64,000 nucleotides of DNA from NCBI RefSeq assembly GCF_009914755.1, contig NC_060938.1; one strand, written 5' to 3'. The translations under genes and the position numbers were made by a program. The stretch's first letter is position 1, and the number at the start of each line of letters is the position of its first letter. Below are positions 25,440 to 47,970 of the stretch, piece by piece. The notes under the pieces were generated by a model that made no database searches, had not been told where the DNA came from, and worked only from the letters and a program-made list of their open reading frames with translations. This DNA comes from the human T2T-CHM13v2.0 reference genome, Homo sapiens.

Positions 25440-27077
25440 GTGCAAAGTAGTATGAAGATTCCAAAATAAATTAAAAACAGAAATACCTTATGACTTGGCA
25501 AATCCTCTTCTGGGTATGTTCTAAAGAAGATAAAACCACCACCACCTCATGAAGGCATGTCCCCTCCCATGTTCTTTGCAGCTCTTTCACAATAGCCCAG
25601 ATGTGAAAGCACCTCAGTGTCTGTAGGTGGACAAATGGATAGAGTAAATGTAATCTATGTATGCGATAGGATATTATTCAGCCATGAAACCCAATATTCT
25701 GTCATTTGCTATAATATGAATGGAACTGGAAGTCATTATGTTAAGATAAATAAGCCAATAAAAGAGAGACAAATATTGCATCTTCTTATTTTACATCAAA
25801 ACTAAAATACTGGATCGCCTGAAGATAGAATAGACTGTTGCTTACCAGAATCCTGGATGGATAGAAGAGAGAAGGAGATAAGGAGAGGTTGATTACTGTA
25901 TACAAATATACATTTATAGAGGAGAAATAAGACCTAAATGTTTGATAGATCAGTAAGGTCACTATAGTTAATAATAATCTAATGCACAACATTAAAATAG
26001 CGAAAGGAGTCATTCAAATGTGCTCAGCACAAGGAAAGGGTACATTTTTAATGTGACAGATATGTAAATCTTACACTAATCTTTACACATTTATAAATGT
26101 ATCAATATATTACATGTTCCCATAAAATAGGTATATCTACTATATGCCAATAAAATAAATAAATAATCTCCATGGCATGATTTTACAAAATGTTTTTAAA
26201 AAGCTCCAATTTATATAAAAATATAAAAGACTTCAAATAGCCAAAGTAATTTTGGGCATAAATAACAAAGCTGAATATATCATAATCTATAATTTCAAAA
26301 TCAAATCTATATAAATCAAAATGGTATAATGCTGGCATTTAAACAGACATATAATCCAATGGAACATTAAACACAACCTGGAAACCAACCCATTTCTTCC
26401 TAATAAACTGATCTTTGTCAAGTTCCCAAGACACACAGTAGAGAAAGGACAGTCTCTTCAACGAGTGGTGTGAAAAACGGGCATCCATATGCAGAAGAAA
26501 TAGATAGAACTCACCTCACACAATACACAGAAATCAGCTAAAAATGGATTCAAGAGTTACACAAAGACCTGAATATGTGGTACAAAGGTATCCATGTATG
26601 GTTTGGAACAAAATGTGAATTATTACAGCCAGTATGAAAAACAACATGAAGATTACTCAGTGAACTGGACATAGAGCATCCCCACTTCTGAGCATACATC
26701 TAGAGAAAATAAACTGAGTGTGACAAATCTATGTCCATTGTGAGATTATTCATAATAGTCTAGATAAGGAAAACGAGTCAATGTCCATCTACGAATGAAC
26801 AGATAAAATGTGGCTTATACCTACATAAAACTGAGTATTATTCAGCCTTTAAAAACAAAGAAATTCTTATATTTGCAACAAATAGAAAACATTATGCTAA
26901 GTGGAATAAGCCAGACACAGAAAGACAAAAGCTGCATGATCTCATTTATATATAGAATCTAAAGTATAAAATATTCAAGCTCTTGGAAGCAGAGTAGAAT
27001 AGTAGGTCGCAGGGGCTGGGAGGAGGAAAAAATTGGGTATTGTTGGTCAAAGGGTAAAAACTTCCCGTTATGAAGGT
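25440..27077 (+). mobile_element. Two old L1MA-type 3' fragments; the second is interrupted by the MST element and resumes at 29442-29720
   Basis: L1 ORF2-end/3'UTR motifs (cattatgctaagtggaataagccagacacagaaagacaaa); continuity across the MaLR insertion. Confidence 0.75.
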
Positions 27078-29441
27078 TGATATGGTTTGGCTCCGTGTTC
27101 CGACTCAAATCTCATGCCAGATTGTAGACCCTGCATGTTGAAGGAAGGGCCTAAGATAAAGTGATTTGGTCATGGGATTGTCTTCCTCTTCGCTGTTCTC
27201 GTGATAAAGTTCTCAAGAGATCTGATGGTTTAAAAGTGTGGCACCTCCCCGCTCACTTGCTCTCTCTCTCCTGCCACCATGTGAAGAAGGTTCTTGCTTC
27301 CCGTTCACCTTCCACCATCATTGTTCGTCCTGATGCCTCCCAATAATGCTTCCCGTTTAGCGGGCAGAGCTGAGAGTTAACTAAAACTCTTCTCTTCATA
27401 AATTACCCAGTCTGAGGTAGTCTTTATAGCAATGTGAAAATGGACTAATACAGAAAACTTGCACCAGGAGTGGGATACTGCTATTAAGATACCTGAAAAT
27501 GTGGAAGTGACTTTGTAACTGGGTAATGGGCAGAGGTTGGAAAAGCTTGGAGTGCTCACAAGAAGACAGGAAGATGTGGAAAAGTTTGAAACTGCCTAGA
27601 GGCTCGTTGAATGGGTTTTACCAAAATGCTGATAGTGATATGGGCAATGAAGTCCAGTCTGAGGTGGTGTCAGATGAAGGTGAAGAACTTATTGCGAACT
27701 GGAGTGAAGGTCACACTTGCTATGCTTTAGCAAAAAGACTAGTGGCATTTTCCCCCTACCCTAGAGATCTGTGAAATGTTGAGCTACAGAGACATAATTT
27801 AAGGTATATCTGGCAGAAGAAATTTCTAAGCACCAAAGCATTGAAGAGTTGACCTGGCTGTTTCTGAAAACATAAGCCATGTGCATTCATAAAGAGATGG
27901 TCTGAAATTGGAACTTACGTTTAAAAGGGAAGCGGAGCATAAAAGTTTGATAAAACATTGTAGCCTGACCATGTGGTAGACAAAAAACCTCATTTTATGG
28001 GGAGAAATTCAAACTGGCTGCAGAAATTTGCATAAGTAACAAGGACCCCGGTGGGAAAAAATGTCCGCAGGGCATTTCAGAGATCTTTGTGGCAGCCCCT
28101 CCCATCACAGGTCCAGAAGCCCAGGAGAGAAAAATGGTTTCTTTGTCCAAGCCCAGGACGCCACTGCTCTGTGCAGCCTCGGGACATGGCGCCTTGCATC
28201 CCTGTCTGTCCTGTGCCAGCCATGGCTAAAAGGGGTCAAGGTCCAGCTCAGGCCATTGCTCCAGAGGGTGCAAGCCCTAAGCTTTGGTTGCTTCCACGTG
28301 GTGTTGAGCCTGCTGGTGCACATGAGGCAAGAGTTGAGGTTTGGGAACCTCCTCCTAGATTTCAGATGATGTATGATAATGCCTGGATATCCAGGCAGAA
28401 GTCTCATGCAGGGGCTGAGCTCTAATGGAGTACCTCTACTAGGCCAGTGTAGAAGGAAAATATGGTGTTGGATTCCACACACAGAGTCCCCACTTGGGCA
28501 CTGTCTAGTGGATCTGTGAGAAGAGGACCACTGTCCTTCAGACCCCAGAATGGTAGAACCACCAGCAGCTTGTATGGTGTGCCTGGAAAAGACATAGCAA
28601 CTCAATGCCAGCCTATGAAAGCAGCTATGGGGAGTCTAACATGCAGAGCCACAAGGGTGGAGCTTCCAAAGGCCTTGGGAGATCACCTCTTATATCAACG
28701 TGTCCTGGATGTGAGACATGGAGTAAAAGGAAATTTTTTTGGAGCTTTAAGATTTGATGACTGCCCTGCTAGTGTTTGGACTAGCATGGGGCCTGTAGCC
28801 CATTTGTAGTGGCCAATTTCTCCCATTTAGAATGGGAACATTTACCCAGTGCATTCATCTCATATTAGCTTGGAAGTAACTAACTTGTTTTTTATTTTAC
28901 AGGGTTATACATCCAAGAAACTTACCTTGTCTCAGAGGAGACTTTGGACTGTAGAAGTTTGTGTTAATGCTGAATTGAGTGAAGACTGGGAGACTGTTGA
29001 GAAGGGATAATTATATTTTGCAATGTGAGAGGGATATGAGATTTGTGAGTGGCCGGGTATAATGATACTGTTTGGCTCAGCGTTTCCACCCAAATCTCAT
29101 GTCAAATTTTCATCCTCAAGTGTTGTAGGAGGGGTCTGATGGGGAGTGACTGAATCATGGAGGCGGCTTTCCCCTTTGCTCTTCTTGTGTTAGAGTTCTC
29201 ACAAGATCTTGAGGTTTAAAAGTGTGGCGCATCTCCCCTTGCTCTTTCTCTCTCTCCCCTGCCAGCATGTGAAGACGGTCCTTGCTTCCCCTTCACTTTC
29301 CACAATCATCGTAATTTTCCTGATGCCTCCCTATAAGTTCCTGCTAAGCCTGCAGAACTGTGAGTGAACTAACTCCCTTCTCTTCATGTATTTCCCAGTC
29401 TCAGGTAGTTCTCTAAAGTAGTTTGAGAATGGACTGATACA
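27078..29441 (+). mobile_element. Full-length MaLR element (MSTA/THE1D-like): LTR 27078-27452, internal, LTR 29063-29441
   Basis: LTRs run tgata..gtttggct to ggact(a/g)ataca; near-TSD aaggt/caggt; internal region homologous to the THE1 internal at 4791-6293. Confidence 0.9.
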
Positions 29442-30654
29442 CAGGTTGAAGGAGTTCTGGAGATGAAACATACAGCAATGTAACTATACTAATGAATATT
29501 ATATTATAAACTTATCTGTTTCCAGAAGAGTAGATCTTAGGTGTTTTCATCACAGACTCACAATAAATTAAAGGCATAAAATGATATTCTCTGAGATGAT
29601 AGGCATGCCAATTACTTTGATCACGATGAATATTTCCCCATGTATATCAATACCTCAAGTGGTGTACCTTAAATTCATACAATTTTATTTGTCAGTTATA
29701 GCTCCATAAAGCTGAAAAGTTATAATGCATACTTATATTTATACATATTTTATCAATAAAAATGGGAGATATAAGCAGAAGAACTTGTACAAAGATATTT
29801 ATAACAGATGTGTTTACGATATTTATTTTGGAAACTAAATTCCATCAACAGGAAAATAGATATATTTTTTGTCACTTATTCACTTAATGAATGGATTTAC
29901 TTAATAAACTGTCATTTATTAACGTAATGGACTGATTGAGATATGAAATACCTATATGTGCATTAGTACATATATAAGTGTGTGTGTGTATATATATGAT
30001 GACAAAACCTTGGTAGATGCAAATACATGAATGAACCTCACAAATAGCAAAAGTAGCCCCTTACAAAAAATGAACTATAACATTTGATTCCATTTATGTG
30101 ATGCCCAAAACAGGAAAAAATTGAACTGTAGTGACAGAAACCAGAACGTTTTTCTATTTGCATTTCTCTGATGATTAGTGAAAATGAAAACTTGAAATTA
30201 AATAAAAATCCTTATGTGAGAGCTGACTGGAAGCACTGAAGAGGACACTTGTTGTGGAGACTGACCTGCTCCTCATCCTAACTTAGGTGCTGGAGACAAA
30301 TGTGTGCACATATGTCAGAAACCCTGAAACTGTACATTGAAGATGTATGCAATTATGCATACATTAATTTTATCTCATAAAAATAGAAAAGAGACAATTG
30401 TAAGAAAATATTTTATATCAAAATCAAAATCTTAATAAAATGTATATGCAAATCCAAATATAAAATGTGAGATGATTACAATAATTGTTAAAATGCATTC
30501 AGCTATATCTACTAGAATGAAATCCCAGAAACAAGAAAGATAAATGTGACACCTTAAAATGAAAAATTAATAAACACACCTTTCACAAATAAGTAAAACA
30601 TTGCTAAAAATATGGGGAACATTTTACATTATTAGTCATACAAAGTTAATAAAC

Positions 30655-31320
30655 TGTTGTGGGAAGTCAGGGACCCCAAACGGAGGGACTGGCTGAAGCC
30701 ATGGCAGAAGAACATAAATTGTGAAGATTTCATGGACATTTATTAGTTCCCCAAATTAATCCTTTTATAATTTCTTATGCCTGTCTTTACTGCAATCTCT
30801 GAACATAAATTGTGAAGATTTCATGGACACTTATCACTTCCCCAATCAATGCCCTTGTGATTTCCTATGCCTGTCTTTACTTTAGTCTCTTAATCCCATA
30901 ATCTTTGTAAACTGAGGAGGACGTATGTAGCCTCAGGACCCTGTGATGATTGCGTTAACTGCACAAATTGTTTGTAGAGCATGTAGGTTTGAACAATATG
31001 AAATCTGGGCACTTTGAAAAAAGAACAGAATAACAGCAATGTTCAGGCAACAAGGGAGATAACCCTAAACTCTGACTGCTGGTGAGCCAGGTGGAACAGA
31101 GCCATATTTCTGTTCTTTCAAAAGCAAATGGGAGAAATATCACTGAATTCTTTTTCTCAGCAAGGAACATCCCTGAGAAAGAGAATGCATCCCTGAGGGG
31201 AGGCCTCTGAAATGGCTGCTTTCGGGATGGCTGTCTTTTACGGTCGCCGCTGAGGGATGAAATAAGCCCTGGTCTCCTGTAGCACTCCTGGGCTTATTAG
31301 GACAAGGAAATTCCTGCCTA
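30655..31320 (+). mobile_element. MER11 (HERV-K HML-8) LTR, 5' part only
   Basis: Begins tgttgtgggaagtcagggacccc; internal repeat gaacataaattgtgaagatttcatggaca occurs twice; ends abruptly at the L1. Confidence 0.88.
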
Positions 31321-33960
<2,640 letters not shown>

Positions 33961-34199
33961 TAAAAGAGGACTAAAAAAATATTGGTGTTGAAGAATACAA
34001 TAAGTCAGCCAACAATTTTAACAGAGGACACTGTCGGAGAGGCTCAGGCTTTCCTTTCCCCCAGAGCAGGTAGCCCTGAAATTTCCCTAGACATGAATCA
34101 CTGTTTCCTCCCGCCCACCTTCCACATTCTCCCCAGAGATGCCCCGGACTCCAGAGTTCAGGTTCTCACATGTTGTGGGACTTTAGGTTAAAACCCACC

Positions 34200-35830
34200 T
34201 AAAACACTGAGTGGCTCTTGTCCTTGATCACTTCATCATCGTCCCCATTTTAGTTGATGTGATTTTTTTTTTTACTTCAGTTTGAAGGAAAGAAAGCAAA
34301 TCCATAGACTCTACCTAAGCCAGTTTTACTTCTCTCTCTTTCCGTTGGTAGCTGCGAATGTAGCCCCAAATATGATAGGAATCAGTAGACACTGCAGCTC
34401 TTACAACACTTTCTCAGTCAGCTGGTCCAACAGTGTGGGCACCACAGTGTGAGCACAATTATTTTATGGGACTAATTGTGTTCCTACTGGAGACACATTT
34501 CCTCTTATGTACTGGGACCTCCAGTCCATTGCAGCCTATGATTACGAAGAAGGAAAGAAACATTCTTCAAATTTCCAACATACATGTGGTAAGAGAAACT
34601 GATATTTCTGTCCACTGGTTTCCAGACCCGTGCCAGGTAGCTCCTGGACACTGGGCACTGTAGCGCTCTCTGTTTTCGGGCATTTAAGTATCCTGGAGAA
34701 TAGTATTATCCTGAAAATGACCTTCTTTAGAGATTAAATTTCCTACTATAAAACAATGGCATGAAATACCTGACGTATATCTCACATCATACTTTGGAGA
34801 CTGAAGTCAACCCTTCCATTTTTCTGCTGGGGTCTTTGTTTCTGGGCAAATGTGAGGGAGAAAGAACTGCTGGATCGCAGACTCGTGTTCCCGTGATCAC
34901 ATCTCCTATCCTTTAACTATAGCTACATTCCCTCATGTCAGAACACATTGTGCAATGTCTCATTCTAGGAATAAGATATTCAGTAACTTGGACAGTGACT
35001 CTAGTAGCTTCTCTATGATTAAGAAAAATACATGTGAAGATAAGAGTTAATTCTTCTAAGTATAAATGACTACCTATAAGGTTTGGGCTTTGACTAAGTT
35101 TTTCAAATTATCTCCATATGACTGGTGGGTATCCTTACAGCCTGTAATTATTTTGTTAGACAAATGTGATGTCTATCTCTATCAGCTGAGGCACTCAGGG
35201 AGAGGTACTGGTCAGTCTGGTTGGAGGTATCTGCTCACTCTTTATTGTACATGTTAGGGAATGCTCTGATATAAAGAGAGAGAATGCTATCACTTGTGAG
35301 CAGTATCGATTAAACTGCAGAAGTTCGTTGTACTATGAGGTCACCATACCCTCTTAGGTGGCAGAATAGATTTCCCTTCCTTTCAGCTGCTGGTTTTCTT
35401 ATGTTAAATTTTATTGCATTTACTTTTCCTTTACATTGTTGTTTCTAAATTCTAAGCTATTGCCTGCCTATTTAATTAAACTAAACACCAGTAAATTTAA
35501 AATTAACAATTACCTGTACAAGCATCTTAACATGGGTGTGTTGAAGATGCTGAGTAGAGATACCAGAAAACAAAACTAATAAAGAAACATATTGTGTAAG
35601 TTTAGAGTAGTCAGTGAGCACCGAAACCATGAGGAGCTTGTGTTGACTTTTATATGAAAAAAAGTTAATTATATTTGACATCCAGAAGGCTGGTCACACC
35701 AGTGAGAAAAATCTGGAGGGTGGTCCACACAGATCAGAAATTAGAAAGTGATAGTCACAAACTTGCAGAACCAGCAGACATACAGTGTATTCAGCATTCA
35801 GCTCTTTCTATTTCTTCAGGAAAATAGATG
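34200..35830 (-). mobile_element. Possible ancient ERVL-class internal/LTR relic
   Basis: Only weak minus-strand resemblance to ERVL/MaLR internal sequence around 34370-34500; family not determinable by eye. Confidence 0.3.
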
Positions 35831-37898
35831 TGTTATATCTGTATGGAAAATGCGACAAGTAGTTTTAAGCCGATTCTCCTGGGAAGTTGCTAGTGAAATC
35901 ACTCAAGTGCTGCTCTGACACAGGATTGTGAAGAGGACGTTGACCCTTGGTGGTCACTGTCAGCAACACGGGTGCTCAACCATGGTGGGTGCCTTTGTTA
36001 CTGTTTTGTCCACAAGAGATTTTAGCCTGTCATGTGCTGCATGCAGGTGAGTTTTTAAACCTCAGATGAGGAAAATAACATGACCACAGAGAAGATGAGG
36101 AAATTGAAGACCTCACTTCATCAACCACCTTCCACTGATGAAAACTTTTTACACAGAGAGCCAGGGATGAGCTGGGAAGAGGAAGGGGCTGGGGAAGATC
36201 ATCCATAGCAGGACACATCCAGCCTGCTTGAACTCCCTGTGGAAGGAGGGTTTAAATGTTTGTCCTCAGCTAATCAGGGGCATTTCAAGACCTTCATAAG
36301 CTTTCAGAAAAAACAGTTTTCATGAACAAATGCCCATATGTTACTCAGAGATGTATTTGTCATCATTTATCCTTCCTCTCTAGGCAGTACCACAGTAGCA
36401 TGTTCTCAGAATTCTCCCTTATCCTCTGTGAGTTCCTGATGCAGCTCCTGGAGGAAAAGCCTGCATGGGAGAGGGAGCCCTCCTCAAGTGCAGCCCTGAG
36501 GCTGTCCCATCACCTCACCCGCCACTGCCCTTCAGTCACTTTGTAAACATTTCTGAGCTAATCTTCCTGAAAGTGTGGTTTTGGGCACTATATTCAGCAG
36601 GTAAGAAAATCCTTAAGCTCTGTTTATTTCTACAGGCATGTATCTCTTTCTGGAGCACAGGTTGATTCTGACTGTGTGGTAGACGATAATTCATGACAGG
36701 AGGTTTCTATGCATCTCGTCAACTCCCAGAGTGCACCCTCCACGGGGTTGACACGCACATGCCAGCAGATGGAATTTCTCAGCTGGAGGATGACATTTTC
36801 ATAACCTATGACCTCAGTGGTGCTCTTTCCTTGTAAGACCAATCATGATCATGCCCCTGGCTAATGTGCAGTCATTAAGGGTGAGACGTGCCCTTGTGAG
36901 GGTTTCTTCCAGGTGCCCACACACTTTGTAAAGGGAAGCTTTTGCTCCTTCCTGTGTCCCGTGCATGTGTTTGCATTTACTGCACAGACCACCTTTTTCA
37001 GAACCACCACCCAAGAGCTCACAGTGCATCTAATCCAACTCTAGGGCATTATACATGGAGTCTCTCATTGCCAGGGTCTCCAATTCCCATGAAAGGATGT
37101 TCATTATGGGATTCCCCAGAACTTGCTGGCCTTTTAGAGACATGAACCTGCCTCTAAAATCTTAAAAATCTTACTCTCTGGGAAGGATCTTTGTAAACCA
37201 GAAGTAAGATAAGCTTTAAATTAATATATGTTTTGTGGATTTTGGAAGAATGAGTTCAAATAGTAAGAGCCTCACCAACTTTCCCTCTAACTAATATGAT
37301 TCCTAGAAATCCACTGAACAAAACTTGTGGTATTCCGAGATAAATTAGGCTTGTTATATTAGGGCATCACCAAAAAAGAAAGAATCAAATGTCCTTGGAG
37401 ATTCCTCCATTGTAACTGATTTGTGACTGTGGTGCTGGATGGTCATAGTGGAGGAGGCTCTGCCTGTGTAGGGCAGGGAGTCATGGGAATTCTCATGCCT
37501 TCTGTGCAATTTCATTGTAATCCTAAAACTGCTCTAAAATTAATTTTATGATAAAGAGTGGCAGAAACATTTGAAAGAATTTTTTCCACTTTTTAAGAAT
37601 CATACTGTCTCACCTCATGATCAAATAACATTGCTCCAAATTATTTATTCATCTAATTTGAAAACTTGTTCACAGTAGCACCTTCCTGGAATGTTTTTAT
37701 CAACTTTATTGAGTGTGGCCTTTCCCACTGTGAATTCGGCTTCTACAATTCTTGAATTGAATATATCTCTTAAAATTAGAGTGTGTACTTGTTTCTATTG
37801 TTATTTTTTTCTCAAATATATAACCCATTTTCAAAAAAGCCTTAAACCTGATAACCCCTGTCATCTCCTCAGCCCAGCACAGCTGCCTTCTCCCCTAG

Positions 37899-37937
37899 GG
37901 TTTCTGACTCTCTGAGGATGTGGTTTTTCACACTGTG
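37899..37937 (-). promoter_or_regulatory. 23-RSS of IGHV1-8
   Basis: CACAGTG (37931-37937), 23-nt spacer, TCAGAAACC (37899-37907), the typical IGHV1 nonamer. Confidence 0.96.
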
Positions 37938-38376
37938 CCTCTCGCACAGTAATACACGGCCGTGTCCTCAGATCTCAGGCTGCTCAGCTCCATGTAGGCT
38001 GTGCTTATGGAGGTGTTCCTGGTCATGGTGACTCTGCCCTGGAACTTCTGTGCATAGCCTGTGTTACCACTGTTAGGGTTCATCCATCCCATCCACTCAA
38101 GCCCTTGTCCAGTGGCCTGTCGCACCCAGTTGATATCATAACTGGTGAAGGTGTATCCAGAAGCCTTGCAGGAGACCTTCACTGAGGCCCCAGGCTTCTT
38201 CACCTCAGCCCCAGACTGCACCAGCTGCACCTGGGAGTGGGCACCTGTGGAGAGAACACAGGAGAGAATAAAATCCTCTTTGACTGAACCAGGATCCGTT
38301 CCTCAGCTTTGAGACTAGGAAGCCCCTTACTTGTAGCTGCTGCCACCAAGAAGAGGATCCTCCAGGTCCAGTCCAT
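37938..38376 (-). CDS. IGHV1-8: Ig heavy variable 1-8 gene segment (leader exon 38376-38331; exon 2 38244-37938), *01-like
   Basis: Leader [19 protein letters not shown]; [71 protein letters not shown]; GT-AG intron. Confidence 0.98.
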
Positions 38377-38457
38377 GGTGAGGAGCTGTGCTCACAGGGT
38401 TTTCTCTAGAGGACAGATGTGGTTGTTGAGTGATGCTCTCAGGGCACCAATATACCT

Positions 38458-38500
38458 ATATTTACCTCAGAAGAGCTCAGGTTATTTGCATATTCATGAG
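38458..38500 (-). promoter_or_regulatory. IGHV1-8 promoter: heptamer, octamer and TATA
   Basis: Minus strand CTCATGA (38494-38500), ATGCAAAT (38484-38491) and TAAATAT (38458-38464). Confidence 0.93.
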
Positions 38501-39589
38501 GCAGGGTATTTCACAGCTCAAAGCCTTATCTAGTATGAGAAAGAAAACACAGATGCCACATCAGCCATACAAGAGTGGGACGCTGAGGGACGAAGCCCTA
38601 ATCCTGCCTGAGGAAACGCACCCCCTTCCCCATTTCTAAGCTTTCTGTGCACAGCACTCTTCCCACTGAAGAACAAGCTCCACCTCCAGGATGTACTTCT
38701 CACTGTGAATCCACATTTTATTGGCCTAGAGATTACCTGGATTGTTTCTGAGACCATCGCTGTCTCTGACATTGAGCAGGCACCTTGACTCCATGCTGGT
38801 CCCATTCGGAACAGTCAAAGCTCACTGGTAACTCTGAATAAGTGGCGACTAGTTATCCCACATGAGTGTCCAGCAGGCCCCATGTAGGGTTCTGAGATCT
38901 GCTGGGCACTCCCAAGACAGGGTCCTCAGCACCTGCCTGAGAGTCCTGAACACCCAGGACCTTCAGAGGAATGACTCTTCGTTTACAGATTTGTCCTGTG
39001 ATGTGTGATTGGCTGTGAGTTTTCCCTCCCACTGAGAGTAGGAATCGGGAGTTTAAATAGAAATAGGAATTTGAATTTCTTGATAAACTCATAGATCTCA
39101 AAATAAATACCAAGTAATTAGTGTTTTGAATAAGTTTGAGTTTTATTTCAAACTCCATTAAATAGAATTACTTGAAGTACTTACATACTTGTAGTTCACA
39201 TCCATAGATTGTCATCTTTACATGTGGATTTCTGATCCACATGGTCTGTGCACGTGCTACACTCTCAAATCCAACACAACCAAGTCACACACACAACGTA
39301 GGAAACAATACTTAGCTCTGAAATCAGAATATCTTATTCATAGGAATATAGTGTATACCACAGTTATGTACCCATTAAATTAGTAAAACCATCCATATCC
39401 TTCCTATTCTTACTGTTAAGTTATTTATTATCATAGAATCCCACTTTTAAATATAGTTCTCATGGCTTTATTGAGTGATATAAGGGGTCCAGATGAAACA
39501 GGATATTTAAAGGCATGTCGGCAACTTGTTGAACACTTATTTTAGAATTTTTTTTTGAATATGGAAGACTCAGGCCCTGAGAGAATATT

Positions 39590-40480
39590 TCTCATTATTT
39601 ATCTCCAAAAAATAAGTGAGAACATATAGTATCTGGTTTTCTGTTCCTGAATTAGTTTTCTAAGAGTAATGACTACCAGTTCCATCATATTCCTACAAAG
39701 AACATGATTTCATTCTTTTCTTAGCTGCATAGTATTCCATGGTTATATGTATCACATTTTTCTCTATCCATTATGCCAGTGACAGGCATTTAGGTAAATT
39801 CCATGTCTATGCTATTGTGAATAGTGCTGGAATGAACCTATACGTTTATACTCCTTTAGGTATATGTCCAGTTGTAGGATTGTTGGGTCAAATGAAACTT
39901 CTGTTTTAGGTTATTGGAGGGATCATGGCACTGCTTTCCACAATGGTTGAACTAATTTATACTTGCACTAGAAGTGTATAAATGTTCCCTTTTTCCTGCA
40001 ACCTTAGCAGCATCTGTTATTATTTTTTTAAGATTAGCCATTCTGACTGATGTGAGATGGTACCTCATTGTGGTTTTAATATGTATTTCTCTAATGATAG
40101 TGATAGTCAGCATTTTTTCCTATGCTTGTTGGCCACATGTAGGTCTTTTTATAAGTGTCTTTTCATGTCCTTTGGGCACTTTTTTTCTTGTATGTTTGTT
40201 TAATTGCATGTATGCTATAAATATTAGACCTTGTCAGATGTATAGATTGCAAATATTTTATTTTCCATTCTTTAGGTTGCCTGTTTGCTCTGTTGATAGT
40301 ATCTTTTGCTATGCAGAAGCTCTTTAGTTTACTTAGGGCTCATTTGCCATTTTTTGATTTTGTTAAAATTGCATTTTCTTCATAATGTCTTTGCCAGTTC
40401 TAATGTCCTAAATTGTATTTCCTAGGTTATTATCCAGAGTTTTTATAGTTTTAGATTTTACATTTAGATCTTTAATCGAC
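39590..40480 (-). mobile_element. Older L1P 3' fragment
   Basis: Antisense L1 motifs (tagccattctgactgatgtgagatggtacctcattgtgg). Confidence 0.8.
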
Positions 40481-40699
40481 ATATAGTTTTTTTCAATTGA
40501 TGCTGAAAAATCATTTGATGAAACTCAACATCCTTTCAGGAAAAAAAATGTAAAAAATGGGTATAGAAAGAACACATCTCGACATAATAAAAAGTTATGT
40601 TCGAGAGACTTTCAGGCAGCATTATAATGAATGAGAAATAGCTAAAAGTCTTTTCTCTAAGATCTGGAACATGACAAATTTCCCACTTTAACCACCGGT

Positions 40700-46455
<5,756 letters not shown>

Positions 46456-47329
46456 TAAGTGGATGCATATCCCAGTTATCATAAATCCACATTAGAATTT
46501 CTTACACATAGAGCGTTACAACTCCTCCTTTATTTGGAGTTTTCCGATTTTTTCACTTACAAGAGAAAGGCAATCTCAATGCTCAGGGTAAACACACTTT
46601 GGAGAAGCTGTTGTGCAGTAGACGAGGGCAGCTGTCCCATCAGCAACAAGAGGCTTTGTGTTTGGAGCATGTTCAACCACCTACTATTGTTCTATAGTAA
46701 TCTCTGGGCACAACATTGACCGCTGCATTCTCCTCCGTTCTAAGGGACTCAAAACACGGTCCACTTTTACATTAGTCATTGTCCAATTATTTTGTTAATA
46801 ATTAACAAAAATTATTAAGCTAAAGAAAAAGCTCAAAAGCCTTTCACTTTCTCACTTTCCTCCCTCATTTCAGTGTTTTGTGGCTCACCAGTCCCCGCAC
46901 TTCACCACCTGAACCACCTTCTGGGTGGAGAGAGCTTGCGAAGCTTCTGTCTGTCATTGCAGCATAATTGCTCCCTTAGGTAGTGCCCTGGAGCCCATCA
47001 GCCAGAAATGACATTGGCCAAAATCTGAGGTCGGCGCAGGCCACTTTCCCTGCAATCACTCTCCCGGATGTTCTCACAAATAGTAATTGCATATTTAGGT
47101 TATTTTTTATCATTTTATTTTTCCTTATGTATCGATTGAGCCAGCTCTTTGGGAGTATGAGTTATCGTTTCTAAATTGCATTTATCTCCAGACATCTACT
47201 TCAGTTCAGCTGCTGTCTCAGACCGGGTAATTCTGTTGCCACCCAAGTATCAGATTTTGCCATTCCACACCTGAATACTTATGTTTTCTGAACAATACTT
47301 CAGCCATGTGTCACTTAGGATCTCTCTAG

Positions 47330-47970
47330 GAAATCCTTCTTCTGATACAACTGCATTGAGAAGTTGCATCTGCCACCCTCAGGCTCAAAACTCAGTAAAA
47401 ACACAGGACTCATGAAAACTCGTATTCACAGGAACAGTTTATTACAGCAAAATGATACAATTGAAAATACATGGAAAAAAAAGGCACAAAGAGTGAAGCT
47501 CAGGAGAATCCAGGCACAAGCTCTCAGGGGTCCTCCCACTGTGGAGCCTTCTGCACATGTGTAATGCTCCAGCTATGAGGTAAGATGACATGTGTGAAGT
47601 GTCAACACCCAGGGGAGTGCCCCTGAGTTTTCTTGTCCAGGGCTGTGTTTGGGGAATGAATCATAGACTATGGAACACCTGGGTAACTGACCACAATACT
47701 CAGACCACAGCCCTCCCCAGCAAAACAAAAGCAGGCGTTCACTATAAATCACTGTGATTAAACTCGTACAGCATGTCCCAAGGCTGCAGACATCTGCAGA
47801 CACTTTTATCAGGTGTAAGATTTCATGGACTCGGAGATCTCATCCCAGGAGGTAACAGACAGCCATAAATGAACAAAGGTTTACTTTTGTTTTTATTTTT
47901 TAGTTATTTACCTTTTTAGGAACGTGGAGGGTTTGAACTATTCATGCCTGCTGAGTTAACCCACTGCTAT
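47330..47970 (-). mobile_element. MER21/MER77-like LTR
   Basis: gtttattacagcaaaatgataca...caggagaatccaggcacaagct resembles this family; subfamily uncertain. Confidence 0.55.
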
